DNA of 41,796 nucleotides, from the sequence record SRR2962707_2324. One strand, given 5' to 3'. The notes below the pieces were generated by a model. The model had not been told where the DNA came from. It made no database searches and saw only the letters and a list, made by a program, of their open reading frames with translations. The translations under genes and the position numbers were made by a program. This document shows positions 8,066-17,591 of this stretch, in pieces. Each line of letters starts with the position of its first letter. The stretch's first letter is position 1.

Positions 8066-10680
8066 AAACTCAGCAACCACCGAAACTTGCACAGCAAATG
8101 CTGAAATGGTATGGCGGGAAAGCAGATCTTGAAGATTTACAGGGTGACCTGGATGAATACTATATGCTACAACTGCAATCTGAGGGTAAGCTCAAGGCTC
8201 AATTAGGCTATTGGAAGCAAGTTCTTTCACTTCTCTTTTCCTATGCCGTCAGAAAGCGAAAAACCAATGCACAATACTCAACCTACTACACAACCAACTC
8301 AACTGCTATGCTCAAAAACCATGTAAAAATTGCCATACGCAATTTCTCCAAGCACAAGCTTTTTACTTCACTCAACATTATCGGACTGGCACTAGGTATG
8401 TCCATCTGCCTGTTGGCACTTTCCATTGCCGTTGCGATCTATCGATCAGATGAATTTCACTCAAAAAAGGAATTAATCTACCAGATCAATACGACCATCT
8501 CAGAAGAGGATGATTCCAAAAGCTTCGCTTCGACCTTTCATGCGGTAGGTTATCAAATGAAAGCATCGTATCCTTTTATTGACAAGGTGATTAAAATCAA
8601 ATCCGGCTTCAACCCTGAAATCAACCACAAGGGGAATAAAATGAACTTTGAAGGGTATTTCGCTGACGAGTCCTTCTTTCAAGCTTTTGATTTTCAGCTC
8701 ATCAGTGGTAATCCAGCATCTGTTTTGGCAAATCCATTCGATGTGGTCATTACGCAATCTGTTGCGGAAACATTATTCAAAGGAGAAAATCCGATGGGCA
8801 AACAGTTGGAAACAGCTGAAGGTATCTATATAGTCACTGGTGTAATGAAGGACCCCAAACAAACCCATTTCTACTTTCAGCTTCTGACATCCTACACAAC
8901 ACTAGAAGTCCTACCTTCTGGTCAAGACCTGGCCTTAGACTGGAGTCATTTCAGAAACAATTACGTCTATCTACTGCTCCACCCCGGCACGAACAAAAGG
9001 ACATTGGATGAGGCTTTAACCCAACTGGCTGAATTGGCTGGCGAATTCCATCCTGATCAAATCATAGAATTATCGTCTGTTAACCTGTCGGGAGTTGTTC
9101 CACGATGGAACATCAGCAACGCAATTGGGATCGGTTGGGATCAACCGTCTTTGGTTTTCTTCTTATCCATCGGTGTGCTGATTTTGCTCCCTGCGGTATT
9201 CAACTACACCAATTTATCTATCGCAAGGGCATTGAAACGAGCCAAAGAGATTGGTATAAGAAAAGTGGCAGGGGCAGAAAAAGGTCAAATCAAAGCTCAG
9301 TTCATAGTGGAAACGATCATTCTATCTTTCATCGCTCTTGGTGGCTCTTTGTTCTTGTTGGTGCCCATGAAAGAAGAATTTCTCAGTATGATCCGGTCAG
9401 CTGTTGTTATGGATACCTCCATTAACCTGGGATTGGTGATTGTATTTGTCCTCTTTGGGCTGTTGGTTGGCATTTTTGCTGGCATATTCCCCGCCAAATT
9501 CTTCTCACGGCTTACGCCTATCCAAACACTAAAGGGTGAAATAAAAGGTGGTAAAAGCGTGGTGTCAGGCTTTAAGAAAGGACTGTTCGTATTTCAATTT
9601 TTCCTTTCATTGGTATTCATTATAGGTGTTGGAGCCATTGCCAAACAATATCGCCACGTGTTAAATACCAATCATGGATTTGAGTCCGGAAACATGCTTG
9701 CGGTAGCTTTCCACAATATCGATAAGCAAATAGCACTCAATGAGCTGGGTAGCCATCCGGATGTCAAGTCAATAACTACCTCTTCTAACCTTCCAGGGAT
9801 ATTTCTACCTAATACTACAAAGGCAACAGCCAATGATCTTGATACCATGACCATCAAAGAGGTTTTCATCGGGCAGAATTTCGTTGAAAACATGGACATG
9901 AAGATGAGATGGGGCGATGGCAATCAGTTAAATCAATCCAATCAGAATGAGGAGTTGGTAATGGTCAATCAGCAATTCATAAGAGCATCCAAGGTTTTCA
10001 ATGTCCAGGAAGACTCACTGACATTTACGCTATCTGACGGTACCCATTGCAGAATCACCGGCATTCTGGAAGACTTTAATTTCGAACCTTTAAGCGAACA
10101 CATCGAACCACTGATCTTCAGGCATTCCTTGGATGAAAGCAACTACGCACTGCTTTCTGTTCAATCATCGGACATCAAACGAACAATCAATGAGCTGGAT
10201 CTCCTATGGTCAAATATCGATCAGGAAGTCAGGTTTGAGGCAACATTTCTGGATGATGAAATTGAAAAGGCTTATTACTTCCTATCAGTGCAGTTGAAGT
10301 TCTTTAGCTTCTTCAGTGCTTTAGCCATTACCATATCATGTCTCGGTTTACTTGGGATGGTCTCTTACACAACCGAAAACCGAACCAAAGAAATTGCAGT
10401 CAGGAAGATTATGGGAGCTTCTACCAATAGCCTTTACTATCTGCTAACCAAGGATTTTGTTAAACTGATTCTTGTAGCTGCGGCTATCGCAATTCCATTT
10501 TCCTATATATTCTATGATAAGCTCTTCCTCTACTTTTTGATAAGATACGGAACTGGACTCGGCATTATAGAAGTCATCTCCGGCATAATCATTCTTTTCC
10601 TTGTTGGATTTGGATCTATCTATTGGCAGACAGGTAGAATTGCCAGAGCCAACCCTGCTACAAAACTTAGATACGAATAA
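8062..10680 (+). CDS. MacB/FtsX-family ABC permease with N-terminal permease-prefix domain
   Basis: Prefix PPKLA..L.W..EDLQGDLDE..YWKQV, then MLKNHVKIAIRN; RAKEIGIRKVAGA; RTKEIAVRKIMGA; NPATKLRYE. Confidence 0.92.
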   Translation: MKTQQPPKLAQQMLKWYGGKADLEDLQGDLDEYYMLQLQSEGKLKAQLGYWKQVLSLLFSYAVRKRKTNAQYSTYYTTNSTAMLKNHVKIAIRNFSKHKLFTSLNIIGLALGMSICLLALSIAVAIYRSDEFHSKKELIYQINTTISEEDDSKSFASTFHAVGYQMKASYPFIDKVIKIKSGFNPEINHKGNKMNFEGYFADESFFQAFDFQLISGNPASVLANPFDVVITQSVAETLFKGENPMGKQLETAEGIYIVTGVMKDPKQTHFYFQLLTSYTTLEVLPSGQDLALDWSHFRNNYVYLLLHPGTNKRTLDEALTQLAELAGEFHPDQIIELSSVNLSGVVPRWNISNAIGIGWDQPSLVFFLSIGVLILLPAVFNYTNLSIARALKRAKEIGIRKVAGAEKGQIKAQFIVETIILSFIALGGSLFLLVPMKEEFLSMIRSAVVMDTSINLGLVIVFVLFGLLVGIFAGIFPAKFFSRLTPIQTLKGEIKGGKSVVSGFKKGLFVFQFFLSLVFIIGVGAIAKQYRHVLNTNHGFESGNMLAVAFHNIDKQIALNELGSHPDVKSITTSSNLPGIFLPNTTKATANDLDTMTIKEVFIGQNFVENMDMKMRWGDGNQLNQSNQNEELVMVNQQFIRASKVFNVQEDSLTFTLSDGTHCRITGILEDFNFEPLSEHIEPLIFRHSLDESNYALLSVQSSDIKRTINELDLLWSNIDQEVRFEATFLDDEIEKAYYFLSVQLKFFSFFSALAITISCLGLLGMVSYTTENRTKEIAVRKIMGASTNSLYYLLTKDFVKLILVAAAIAIPFSYIFYDKLFLYFLIRYGTGLGIIEVISGIIILFLVGFGSIYWQTGRIARANPATKLRYE

Positions 10681-10698
10681 ATAACAGACCAAGGACGA

Positions 10699-13311
10699 AT
10701 GAAAAGCCACCCTCAACCTCCTCGAGCAGCTCAGCGACTATTAAAATGGTTTGCCGGGAAAGCTGAAATGGAAGACCTCCATGGAGATCTGGAAGAGGTC
10801 TACCTTCTTCATGTGGAAGAGTACGGAAGGTGGCGGGCCAATCTTAAGTATTGGCATCATGTACTTTCGATCACCTCCTCCTATGCACTTCGTAAGCGGA
10901 AGAAAAACGCCGGTTATTCCAACTATTACTACAAAAACTCAATTGCAATGTTTAAGAACTACTTTAAAATCGCCATTCGAAATTTCTCGAAGCAAAAACT
11001 ATTCACCATCATCAACATGGCCGGGTTGGCTATGGGCATGTCCATCAGTTTGCTCACATTGGGGATTTCCGTTTCCATATTCAGGTTCGATGAATTTCAT
11101 GAAAATAAGGAACGCATCTATGAGGTAAATACCTACATCGAGGAAGATGTAAACAAGGGCTGGTTTGCCTCCACCTTCAATGCTGTCGGTAATCATTTGG
11201 AGGAAACCTATCCATTTATTGAGGAAGTAATTCGTATTAAAAAAGGCTTCTCCCCTTCCATAGAACACCGGGGCACTACGATTAACAGCTATGGCTATTT
11301 CGTAGAATCGAGTTTCTTCCAATACCTGAGTTTTGAGCTTCTCAAGGGCAATCCCAACAACGTCCTCTCAGAACCAAATTGTGTGGTCATTACCGAGCAA
11401 TTGGCCGAAACATTATTCAATCAGGACAATCCCATTGACAAGCTCGTCAAGACACAATATGGTGAAATGCGGGTAACCGGTGTAGTTAAAAAATTCAAGG
11501 AGACGCAATTTGATTTCCAGATGGTTACATCGATGGAAACTTACGAATTGTTAAACAATGCCAATGAAAAATTGGATTGGAGAAACTATCGAGGAAATTA
11601 TGTTTATGCTGTCCTTGCTCCGGAATCAAACGAAAGTGAGCTTACAAAAGCACTTAATCAGATAGCAGGTCTTGAAACATTGGAACATCGGGACAATCTT
11701 AAAATGAAAGCTGTGAGATTAGACAAAGTGGTTCCTCAATGGATTGTTTACGACAATATTGGTGGTGGCTGGGACATGCCCACAATGATCGGATTGATGA
11801 CAGTTGGCATGCTGATACTATTACCAGCCATTTTTAACTATGCTAACCTTTCCATCGCCATTGCCTTGAAGAGAGCGAAAGAAATTGGCATACGGAAAGT
11901 GGTAGGTGCCGCCAAACATCAGATACGTGCCCAGTTCATCGTTGAAACCATCATTCTTACCACTATTTCTCTGTTTTTCGGCTATTTCCTTTACATGGTC
12001 ATTGTAAAAGAATTCCAGAAAATTGCTTTGGGAGCCTATATGCTGGATGTAGAGTTATCAATGGAGCTTGTGCTGGCTTTTATTGGATTTGGGATTTTTG
12101 CTGGTATTCTCTCAGGTTTTCTTCCTGCTGTCTATTTCTCAAAACTGGGCATACTGGATACACTAAAAGGTGAGGTCAAAAATCGAAAAGGAAGTATTTC
12201 AGGCGTACGAAAAGCGTTGTTCATTTTTCAATTCATGATTTCAATGTTTTTCATTATCGGTGTAGCAGCCATCGCTAAACAGTATAAACATGTCTTTAAT
12301 TACAATTTTGGATTTAACTCAGAAAACATCTTGACCGCACCATTCAATGGAGTAGACAAGCAGTTAGTCATCAACGAACTGTCCAATCACAAAGATGTAA
12401 GAGGTGTATCTACAACTTCCAACCTGCCTGGCCTTTCCATTCCTACATTGGGTTCGTTGATCCCAAGTGAAGGTGATACCATGATTACCCAAATGGTGTC
12501 TGCCGGAGAAGGCTTTTTCAACCTAATGGATATGGAATTCAAATACGGCGGTGGCTTCAATGGCATTCCCCGTGCCACGGAAGAGGAAGTGGTTGTCAAT
12601 GAGCAATTTATGAGGTCATTGAAAATCTTTAATGAATCAAACGACAGTCTTCGCTTCACCTTGACTGATGGGTCAAAATGCCGCATTGTTGGAATCCTGA
12701 AAGACTTCAACTACGAACCCTTAAGTGAGCGAATTGATCCAATTATGTTTAGAAGATCCCTGGAAGAGAGTCGTTATATCGTTCTCTCCGTCGCTTCTAC
12801 TGACATTAAAAGCAGCATTGAAAGCATGGAAGATTTATGGATATCTGTTGATCAGGAAGTATTATTTGAGCCACGATTCCTTGATCAGGATATTGAAGAG
12901 GCTTATGAATTCTTAGTGGTACAGGTCAAAATTTTTGGATTCCTAAGCTTGATGGCCATCACCATCTGTACGCTTGGACTCTTAGGAATGGTTTCATATA
13001 CCACCGAAAACAGGACCAAAGAAATTGCGGTAAGAAAAATCATGGGTGCATCGATTGGAAGCCTCTACTACACCCTAACCAAAGACTTTATCAAAATAAT
13101 TGGCATAGCTACACTTATTGGTATCCCGTTGGCGTACTTGTTTTACGACAAATTCTTCCTGGTTGTCCTCATGAAATATGGAACCGGTCTTGGCGTATTG
13201 GAAATCTTGATAGGTGTCTTCTTTCTCTTCCTTGTTGGCTTTCTGTCCATTTTCTGGCAAACTGGAAAAATTGCCAAGGCAAATCCTGCAACGAAGCTAC
13301 GATATGAATGA
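10699..13311 (+). CDS. MacB/FtsX-family ABC permease with permease-prefix domain (tandem paralog)
   Basis: Same architecture as 8062..10680. Shares GLLGMVSYTTENRTKEIAVRKIMGAS and ANPATKLRYE. Confidence 0.92.
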   Translation: MKSHPQPPRAAQRLLKWFAGKAEMEDLHGDLEEVYLLHVEEYGRWRANLKYWHHVLSITSSYALRKRKKNAGYSNYYYKNSIAMFKNYFKIAIRNFSKQKLFTIINMAGLAMGMSISLLTLGISVSIFRFDEFHENKERIYEVNTYIEEDVNKGWFASTFNAVGNHLEETYPFIEEVIRIKKGFSPSIEHRGTTINSYGYFVESSFFQYLSFELLKGNPNNVLSEPNCVVITEQLAETLFNQDNPIDKLVKTQYGEMRVTGVVKKFKETQFDFQMVTSMETYELLNNANEKLDWRNYRGNYVYAVLAPESNESELTKALNQIAGLETLEHRDNLKMKAVRLDKVVPQWIVYDNIGGGWDMPTMIGLMTVGMLILLPAIFNYANLSIAIALKRAKEIGIRKVVGAAKHQIRAQFIVETIILTTISLFFGYFLYMVIVKEFQKIALGAYMLDVELSMELVLAFIGFGIFAGILSGFLPAVYFSKLGILDTLKGEVKNRKGSISGVRKALFIFQFMISMFFIIGVAAIAKQYKHVFNYNFGFNSENILTAPFNGVDKQLVINELSNHKDVRGVSTTSNLPGLSIPTLGSLIPSEGDTMITQMVSAGEGFFNLMDMEFKYGGGFNGIPRATEEEVVVNEQFMRSLKIFNESNDSLRFTLTDGSKCRIVGILKDFNYEPLSERIDPIMFRRSLEESRYIVLSVASTDIKSSIESMEDLWISVDQEVLFEPRFLDQDIEEAYEFLVVQVKIFGFLSLMAITICTLGLLGMVSYTTENRTKEIAVRKIMGASIGSLYYTLTKDFIKIIGIATLIGIPLAYLFYDKFFLVVLMKYGTGLGVLEILIGVFFLFLVGFLSIFWQTGKIAKANPATKLRYE

Positions 13312-13326
13312 TTTGAATTGGGCGTC

Positions 13327-13334
13327 TAACTTTG
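13327..13334 (+). promoter_or_regulatory. Bacteroidota -7 element (TAACTTTG) for the tRNA methyltransferase gene
   Basis: Exact TAnnTTTG match 5 nt before ATG 13340. Confidence 0.6.
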
Positions 13335-13339
13335 CATAG

Positions 13340-14083
13340 ATGCCCAACTCCTATTTCCAATTCAAAGAATTTCGTGTAGACCAAAAGTTGTCAGGAATGA
13401 AAGTGACAACTGATGCCTGCCTGTTTGGGGCATGGGTGGCCAATGAAATAGCAGGGCGTGATGACGAGCCTAAGCGAATCCTGGATATTGGATCTGGAAC
13501 TGGCCTCCTTTCATTGATGCTTGCACAGCAAACTAGGCAAAGTCAAATTGATGCGGTAGAAATAAATCAGGAAGCATTTAAAGAAGCATCAAACAACTTC
13601 GCTCATTCATCATGGCATAATCGGTTGGTTTGTATGCAGTCCCCTATCCAGACCTATAAGTCGAATCAACAGTATGATCTCATAATTAGTAATCCACCTT
13701 TTTTTAGTGATAGCCAAAAAGGAAGTCGACAAGGAAAAAACCTGGCATTGCACGCGGAACAACTATCCATGCCTGACTTGGCACTCAGCATGAGCACTTT
13801 GATATCTGAATCCGGCAAATGTTATGTCTTATACCCCGAAAGAGAAATGAATCAATTCATGTCGATTGCTTCAGACCATGGGTTGGCACCAACAAAGGTG
13901 ATCTCTATTAAAAACACGGAAGTAGATCAGTTTTTTCGGGTGATGGCAGCTTTTGGGAGAGATGCAGAAGAGATAGAATATCAGGAATTGATCATTCGAA
14001 ATCAGGATGGGAAATACACTAACAGCTTTTGGGAGTTACTTGCTCCTTATTATTTAGAGTACAACAATCCGCAATTGAAATAG
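13340..14083 (+). CDS. yfiC: tRNA1(Val) (adenine37-N6)-methyltransferase, YfiC/TrmN6 family
   Basis: FQFKEF.V.Q..GMKVTTDACLFGAW, LDIGSGTGLLSLMLAQ, ISNPPFF. Confidence 0.85.
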   Translation: MPNSYFQFKEFRVDQKLSGMKVTTDACLFGAWVANEIAGRDDEPKRILDIGSGTGLLSLMLAQQTRQSQIDAVEINQEAFKEASNNFAHSSWHNRLVCMQSPIQTYKSNQQYDLIISNPPFFSDSQKGSRQGKNLALHAEQLSMPDLALSMSTLISESGKCYVLYPEREMNQFMSIASDHGLAPTKVISIKNTEVDQFFRVMAAFGRDAEEIEYQELIIRNQDGKYTNSFWELLAPYYLEYNNPQLK

Positions 14084-14118
14084 CTTATGTTTGGGCTTTG
14101 AAACTCCAATCATTCAAA

Positions 14119-14577
14119 ATGAAACTCACTAAACCAGACATACAAAAAGAACTTGGCATCAAGGGCCAAAAGAAGCTTGGAACACTAAAAAGATACCTTC
14201 AGATCCTAGATCAAAAAGAGCTGACGGATCAGTTCATCAATGAAACCAATGCTGACATTGAAGCGCTAAATAATTCAACATTGTCAGATAAAAAGTTAGC
14301 CGGACAAATCGGTAAAACCTTAACTACCATCTCGAACAGATCCGTCAAGCAATTGAAATTAGTACCCAAAAACTACCACATGGTGTTATGGATGAGCATT
14401 GGAATGGCCGCTTTCGGAATGCCACTAGGTGTCGCTTTTGGAGTAGCGCTTGACAATTTTGCATTTATTGGGATCGGCCTTCCCATTGGTATGTCGGTAG
14501 GCATGTCTGTTGGTGCTGGAATGGATCAAAAAGCCAAAAAGGAAGGGCGCCAGATTGACATAAACCTTAATGTTTAA
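14119..14577 (+). CDS. Hypothetical membrane protein with two C-terminal Gly-rich helices
   Basis: LWMSIGMAAFGMPLGVAFG and IGIGLPIGMSVGMSVGAG. ATG 14119 follows an A-rich leader; the track start at 14029 overlaps the upstream gene. Confidence 0.75.
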   Translation: MKLTKPDIQKELGIKGQKKLGTLKRYLQILDQKELTDQFINETNADIEALNNSTLSDKKLAGQIGKTLTTISNRSVKQLKLVPKNYHMVLWMSIGMAAFGMPLGVAFGVALDNFAFIGIGLPIGMSVGMSVGAGMDQKAKKEGRQIDINLNV

Positions 14578-14591
14578 CATCATTCAGAATC

Positions 14592-14623
14592 AAAAAAAGA
14601 GCACTTAACTAAAAGTGCCCTTT
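14592..14623 (-). terminator. Intrinsic terminator between convergent genes
   Basis: Minus strand AAAGGGCACTT-ttagtt-AAGTGCTCTTT with one G-U pair, running into a T tract. Confidence 0.7.
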
Positions 14624-14632
14624 CCTTATGTA

Positions 14633-16324
14633 TTAGATTTTTTCAGTGGTGATTGCAATGGGAATTCCTTGCCTCACATCCCTGTACTGCTGCTTAGCTT
14701 CCTCGCTCGCTTTTTGCTCCTTATTGATCTCCATAAATCCTTTTCCAAACATCCGCTGAGCTTTCTCCTCATAGATGTCATAGAAAACCTTCTTAACATT
14801 TTGGAGATTTGAAAGGTACTGACCATACGTATCTGCGTCACTGAATTGCCCCACTATGACATAGTTGGATCTTTCTTCACTTATGTGCTTCCTGACCAAC
14901 GATGATACATCTGAAACAATCCCAGCACCCTCACCTCCAAAATCAACCTTTAATAAGTCAATATTGTGTTCCTTGACAAATTCGTCCGTAAGCTCCGGAA
15001 CAATTATCCGCGAGTTACTACCAGGAACCGGAGGGAGCATAAAGTGTATTTGCTCATACGATCCGGATGGTGTTTTTGCCAAATAGACCATCTTACGTAA
15101 TTCCAGTCTCCGTAATTCTTCCTGTACTTCAAACACCATTTTCATTGGCTGATCGGAAGCAATTCGCATGTATACCGGAACATTGTCTTTGGCAATTTCG
15201 ATCATGGACTCAATATCTTCCAATTGCACTACCTTCCCATTCACTGCCATCCGATTATCCTTAATACTAACATAAAGTGCAGTTGGAGACTTGTTTTCAA
15301 AAACATATCCGGTTGCAACCACAGTTGGTAATTCAATGTCTGCATGAATACCTGTGTTTGGTGCCTTTACCAATACCTCCTGATCTTCAAGCTTTGAGTT
15401 ACACTGCACTATGATCATACTAAATAGCACAGTTAAAAGTATTACTGAGGCCACCTTGAACTTTCCAAAGCCGCCTAATCGTTCTATTTTCATCATGGTT
15501 ATTCGCTTTTTAATAAATGATAAATTGAAATTGTGTACCAACCCGAATGAGTTGTTGCTGATCAATTGTCTCAAAAGCAAGGTCTGATACTCAACTAAGG
15601 AATAACCCTGTTTAATCATTTTTCTATCTGCTATGTATTCATGTGTTGTTTTTAAAGATTTATTAAGCCACCATACAACCGGATTGAACCAGAGTAGAGC
15701 AGCTAGTAATTGAACAAAAAGTAAATCCATGGAATGTCTTTGTTGGATGTGTGTCTTCTCATGCTTAAGAATTTGAGAAAACTCTTCTCCATCTTTCATT
15801 TCTTGGGATATAAATACACTATTCAAAAAGGAAAATGGCGCCAGTTGATAGGGAAGATAAACCACCCTTACTCCTTCTACGATTTCATGCGGATGCCTTG
15901 TTTTCAACTTCCATATCCAGTCAAACATCCATACCAATCGAATGATGAATGCCAAGGCACCTATGCTATAAATCACAACGAGTGACTTCAATAGGAATGA
16001 TCTCAAGTGAAATGAATTCGTGTCCGCCAGAACTATGTTTTCAACATCCTGATCAAATGCACTGGTAGACCATTCATTAACCACTTGCTGATATCCATTT
16101 CTGACTTCTGTTAGCCGATTGATTGGTTGATCAATCAACGTCACGCTTTGCTGACCCATGTCAAAACTCAAAAGTGGCAGGACAAAAGCAATTACAAGGG
16201 AGCCTAGAAGAAAGAAGCGATTGAAATTGAAAGAGGCCTCTCTTCGCAGTACGAGGTAATAAACCAGGTACAATACTCCTAAAATCGAGCTGGATTCCAG
16301 GAGAAACAGAATAACTTCATTCAT
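14633..16324 (-). CDS. M56 (BlaR1/MecR1-family) metallopeptidase with C-terminal ExbD-like domains
   Basis: FNRFFLL, APFSFLNSVF, HEKTH (HExxH), WFNPVVW, HEYIAD, IKKRITMM, then a TM helix and extracytoplasmic domains. Confidence 0.9.
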   Translation of the reverse strand: MNEVILFLLESSSILGVLYLVYYLVLRREASFNFNRFFLLGSLVIAFVLPLLSFDMGQQSVTLIDQPINRLTEVRNGYQQVVNEWSTSAFDQDVENIVLADTNSFHLRSFLLKSLVVIYSIGALAFIIRLVWMFDWIWKLKTRHPHEIVEGVRVVYLPYQLAPFSFLNSVFISQEMKDGEEFSQILKHEKTHIQQRHSMDLLFVQLLAALLWFNPVVWWLNKSLKTTHEYIADRKMIKQGYSLVEYQTLLLRQLISNNSFGLVHNFNLSFIKKRITMMKIERLGGFGKFKVASVILLTVLFSMIIVQCNSKLEDQEVLVKAPNTGIHADIELPTVVATGYVFENKSPTALYVSIKDNRMAVNGKVVQLEDIESMIEIAKDNVPVYMRIASDQPMKMVFEVQEELRRLELRKMVYLAKTPSGSYEQIHFMLPPVPGSNSRIIVPELTDEFVKEHNIDLLKVDFGGEGAGIVSDVSSLVRKHISEERSNYVIVGQFSDADTYGQYLSNLQNVKKVFYDIYEEKAQRMFGKGFMEINKEQKASEEAKQQYRDVRQGIPIAITTEKI

Positions 16325-16691
16325 CTTTATTCGACTTTAGATCTTCCAGCATCTTCATTACCTCATCCAACTCTTTCTCATTCAGCTTTTTACTTTCAGA
16401 AAAGAAATTGACTACCTGCTTGAGCGAGTTATTATAATAGTCAGAAACCAACTGTGATAATTGTCCGGTACGGTAATCTTCTTTAGAAACCAATGGATGA
16501 TACTGATGGGAATTACCATATGCAGTGTATCCAACAATTTCCTTTTGAACCAAAACCCTCACAATAGTAGAAACAGAATTGTATGGGGGTTTAGGGTCGG
16601 GATACTGGTCAAGGATATCCTTGATAAAACCTTTTTCAATATCCCAGAGAATCTTCATGATCTTCTCTTCCGCCTTAGTTAAAGTAACCAT
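16317..16691 (-). CDS. BlaI/MecI/CopY-family transcriptional repressor
   Basis: LTKAEEKIMKILW..PKPPYNSVSTIVRVL..K..V..Y.PLVSKEDY. Overlaps the M56 start by 8 nt. Start is 16691 or 16697. Confidence 0.93.
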   Translation of the reverse strand: MVTLTKAEEKIMKILWDIEKGFIKDILDQYPDPKPPYNSVSTIVRVLVQKEIVGYTAYGNSHQYHPLVSKEDYRTGQLSQLVSDYYNNSLKQVVNFFSESKKLNEKELDEVMKMLEDLKSNKDE

Positions 16692-16721
16692 CACCAATGA
16701 GTTTAATTTGAATCAGCAGGA

Positions 16722-16786
16722 CAAGCTTACAACTTAATTTTAAGTTATACAACTTAATTTTAAGTTTTTCTACTTAAGATTAAGTT
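16722..16786 (-). promoter_or_regulatory. Putative blaI-M56 promoter with three phased palindromic operators (ACTTAA-NN-TTAAGT)
   Basis: AACTTAATTTTAAGTT at 16731 and 16751, TACTTAAGATTAAGTT at 16771 (20-bp period). A -7-like TAAGCTTG lies on the minus strand at 16722-16729. Confidence 0.75.
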
Positions 16787-16817
16787 ATCATTCTTCAGAA
16801 ATGATGTTATGATGGCT

Positions 16818-16857
16818 AAAAAGGCAGGATTCTTCACACTTTTGAATCCTGCCTTTT
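16818..16857 (-). terminator. Intrinsic terminator downstream of the DinB gene
   Basis: AAAAGGCAGGATTC ... GAATCCTGCCTTTT, a perfect 14-bp inverted repeat with A/T tracts. Confidence 0.8.
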
Positions 16858-16865
16858 GCTAAAAG

Positions 16866-17468
16866 TTAAGATTGTGGGTAGCCGGATAAGCTTTTGATTT
16901 CTTCAATCTGGTCTTTGTGCCTTGTTGTATGGCCGGACATAAATAAGATGACCTGGTAAGCATCTGCCTTGCCAAATGGAAAATCAAAGTACCGATTTCT
17001 AAGATCCTCTTCGGTAGATTTTACAAACTTCATATTAGTCTTCCGCTTGTCCTTGAAAGCTTGCACTGATCCGTCAAAGCCACCAAATTTCATGGCTGGT
17101 TCAAATTCAGTTCTGGTCTTTACTTTTCGTTCCCTACTTTCAATAAGTCCAAGTAATTGATCATCTTCCATAGCCACTTCAGCTCTCATAGATGGGTTAG
17201 GTTCATTTTGCAGTGTCATCTCAATGATTCCAAACAAATTGGTTTCAGAAATAGCAATATGCTCCATACACTCAGCGATGGACCATGAATCATCCGATGG
17301 TTTATAGTTCAATTGCTCTTCCGAAAGGCCTTTGACACTGTTCATTAATTCCGCTTGGGAATTCTTCAGATGCTCCAAAGCCTTGGTTCGTTCTGCCTTT
17401 GTTAAAGACTGCCCCATCGCAAATAATCCTGCAATAAGGAAAATGGGTGTTACAAGTAATTTTCTCAT
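16866..17468 (-). CDS. DinB-family protein with predicted signal peptide
   Basis: GLSEEQLNYKP..WSIAECMEHI and GHTTRH..QI. N-terminus MRKLLVTPIFLIAGLFAMGQ from ATG 17468. Confidence 0.85.
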   Translation of the reverse strand: MRKLLVTPIFLIAGLFAMGQSLTKAERTKALEHLKNSQAELMNSVKGLSEEQLNYKPSDDSWSIAECMEHIAISETNLFGIIEMTLQNEPNPSMRAEVAMEDDQLLGLIESRERKVKTRTEFEPAMKFGGFDGSVQAFKDKRKTNMKFVKSTEEDLRNRYFDFPFGKADAYQVILFMSGHTTRHKDQIEEIKSLSGYPQS

Positions 17469-17570
17469 AGTTTTGATATTATTTGGTATAAGACGATCGA
17501 AGCATTCTTTAATGGACATTCGTTTATTCTTATGTAACATTTGTTGCATTTCTAAGCCTCAATCACCACC

Positions 17571-17578
17571 TACATTTG
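17571..17578 (+). promoter_or_regulatory. Bacteroidota -7 element (TACATTTG) for the rhodanese gene
   Basis: Exact TAnnTTTG match 13 nt before ATG 17592. Confidence 0.6.
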
Positions 17579-17591
17579 CATTCAAAAAAAC

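Noticed and set aside
16731-16786. Three repeats considered as a mini-CRISPR array
   Set aside because: 16-bp units separated by only 4 bp, no spacers and no cas genes; the position fits an operator.
17556-17567. GCCTCAATCACC matches the reverse complement of 5316-5327
   Set aside because: A single 12-mer match is expected by chance in 42 kb and does not extend.
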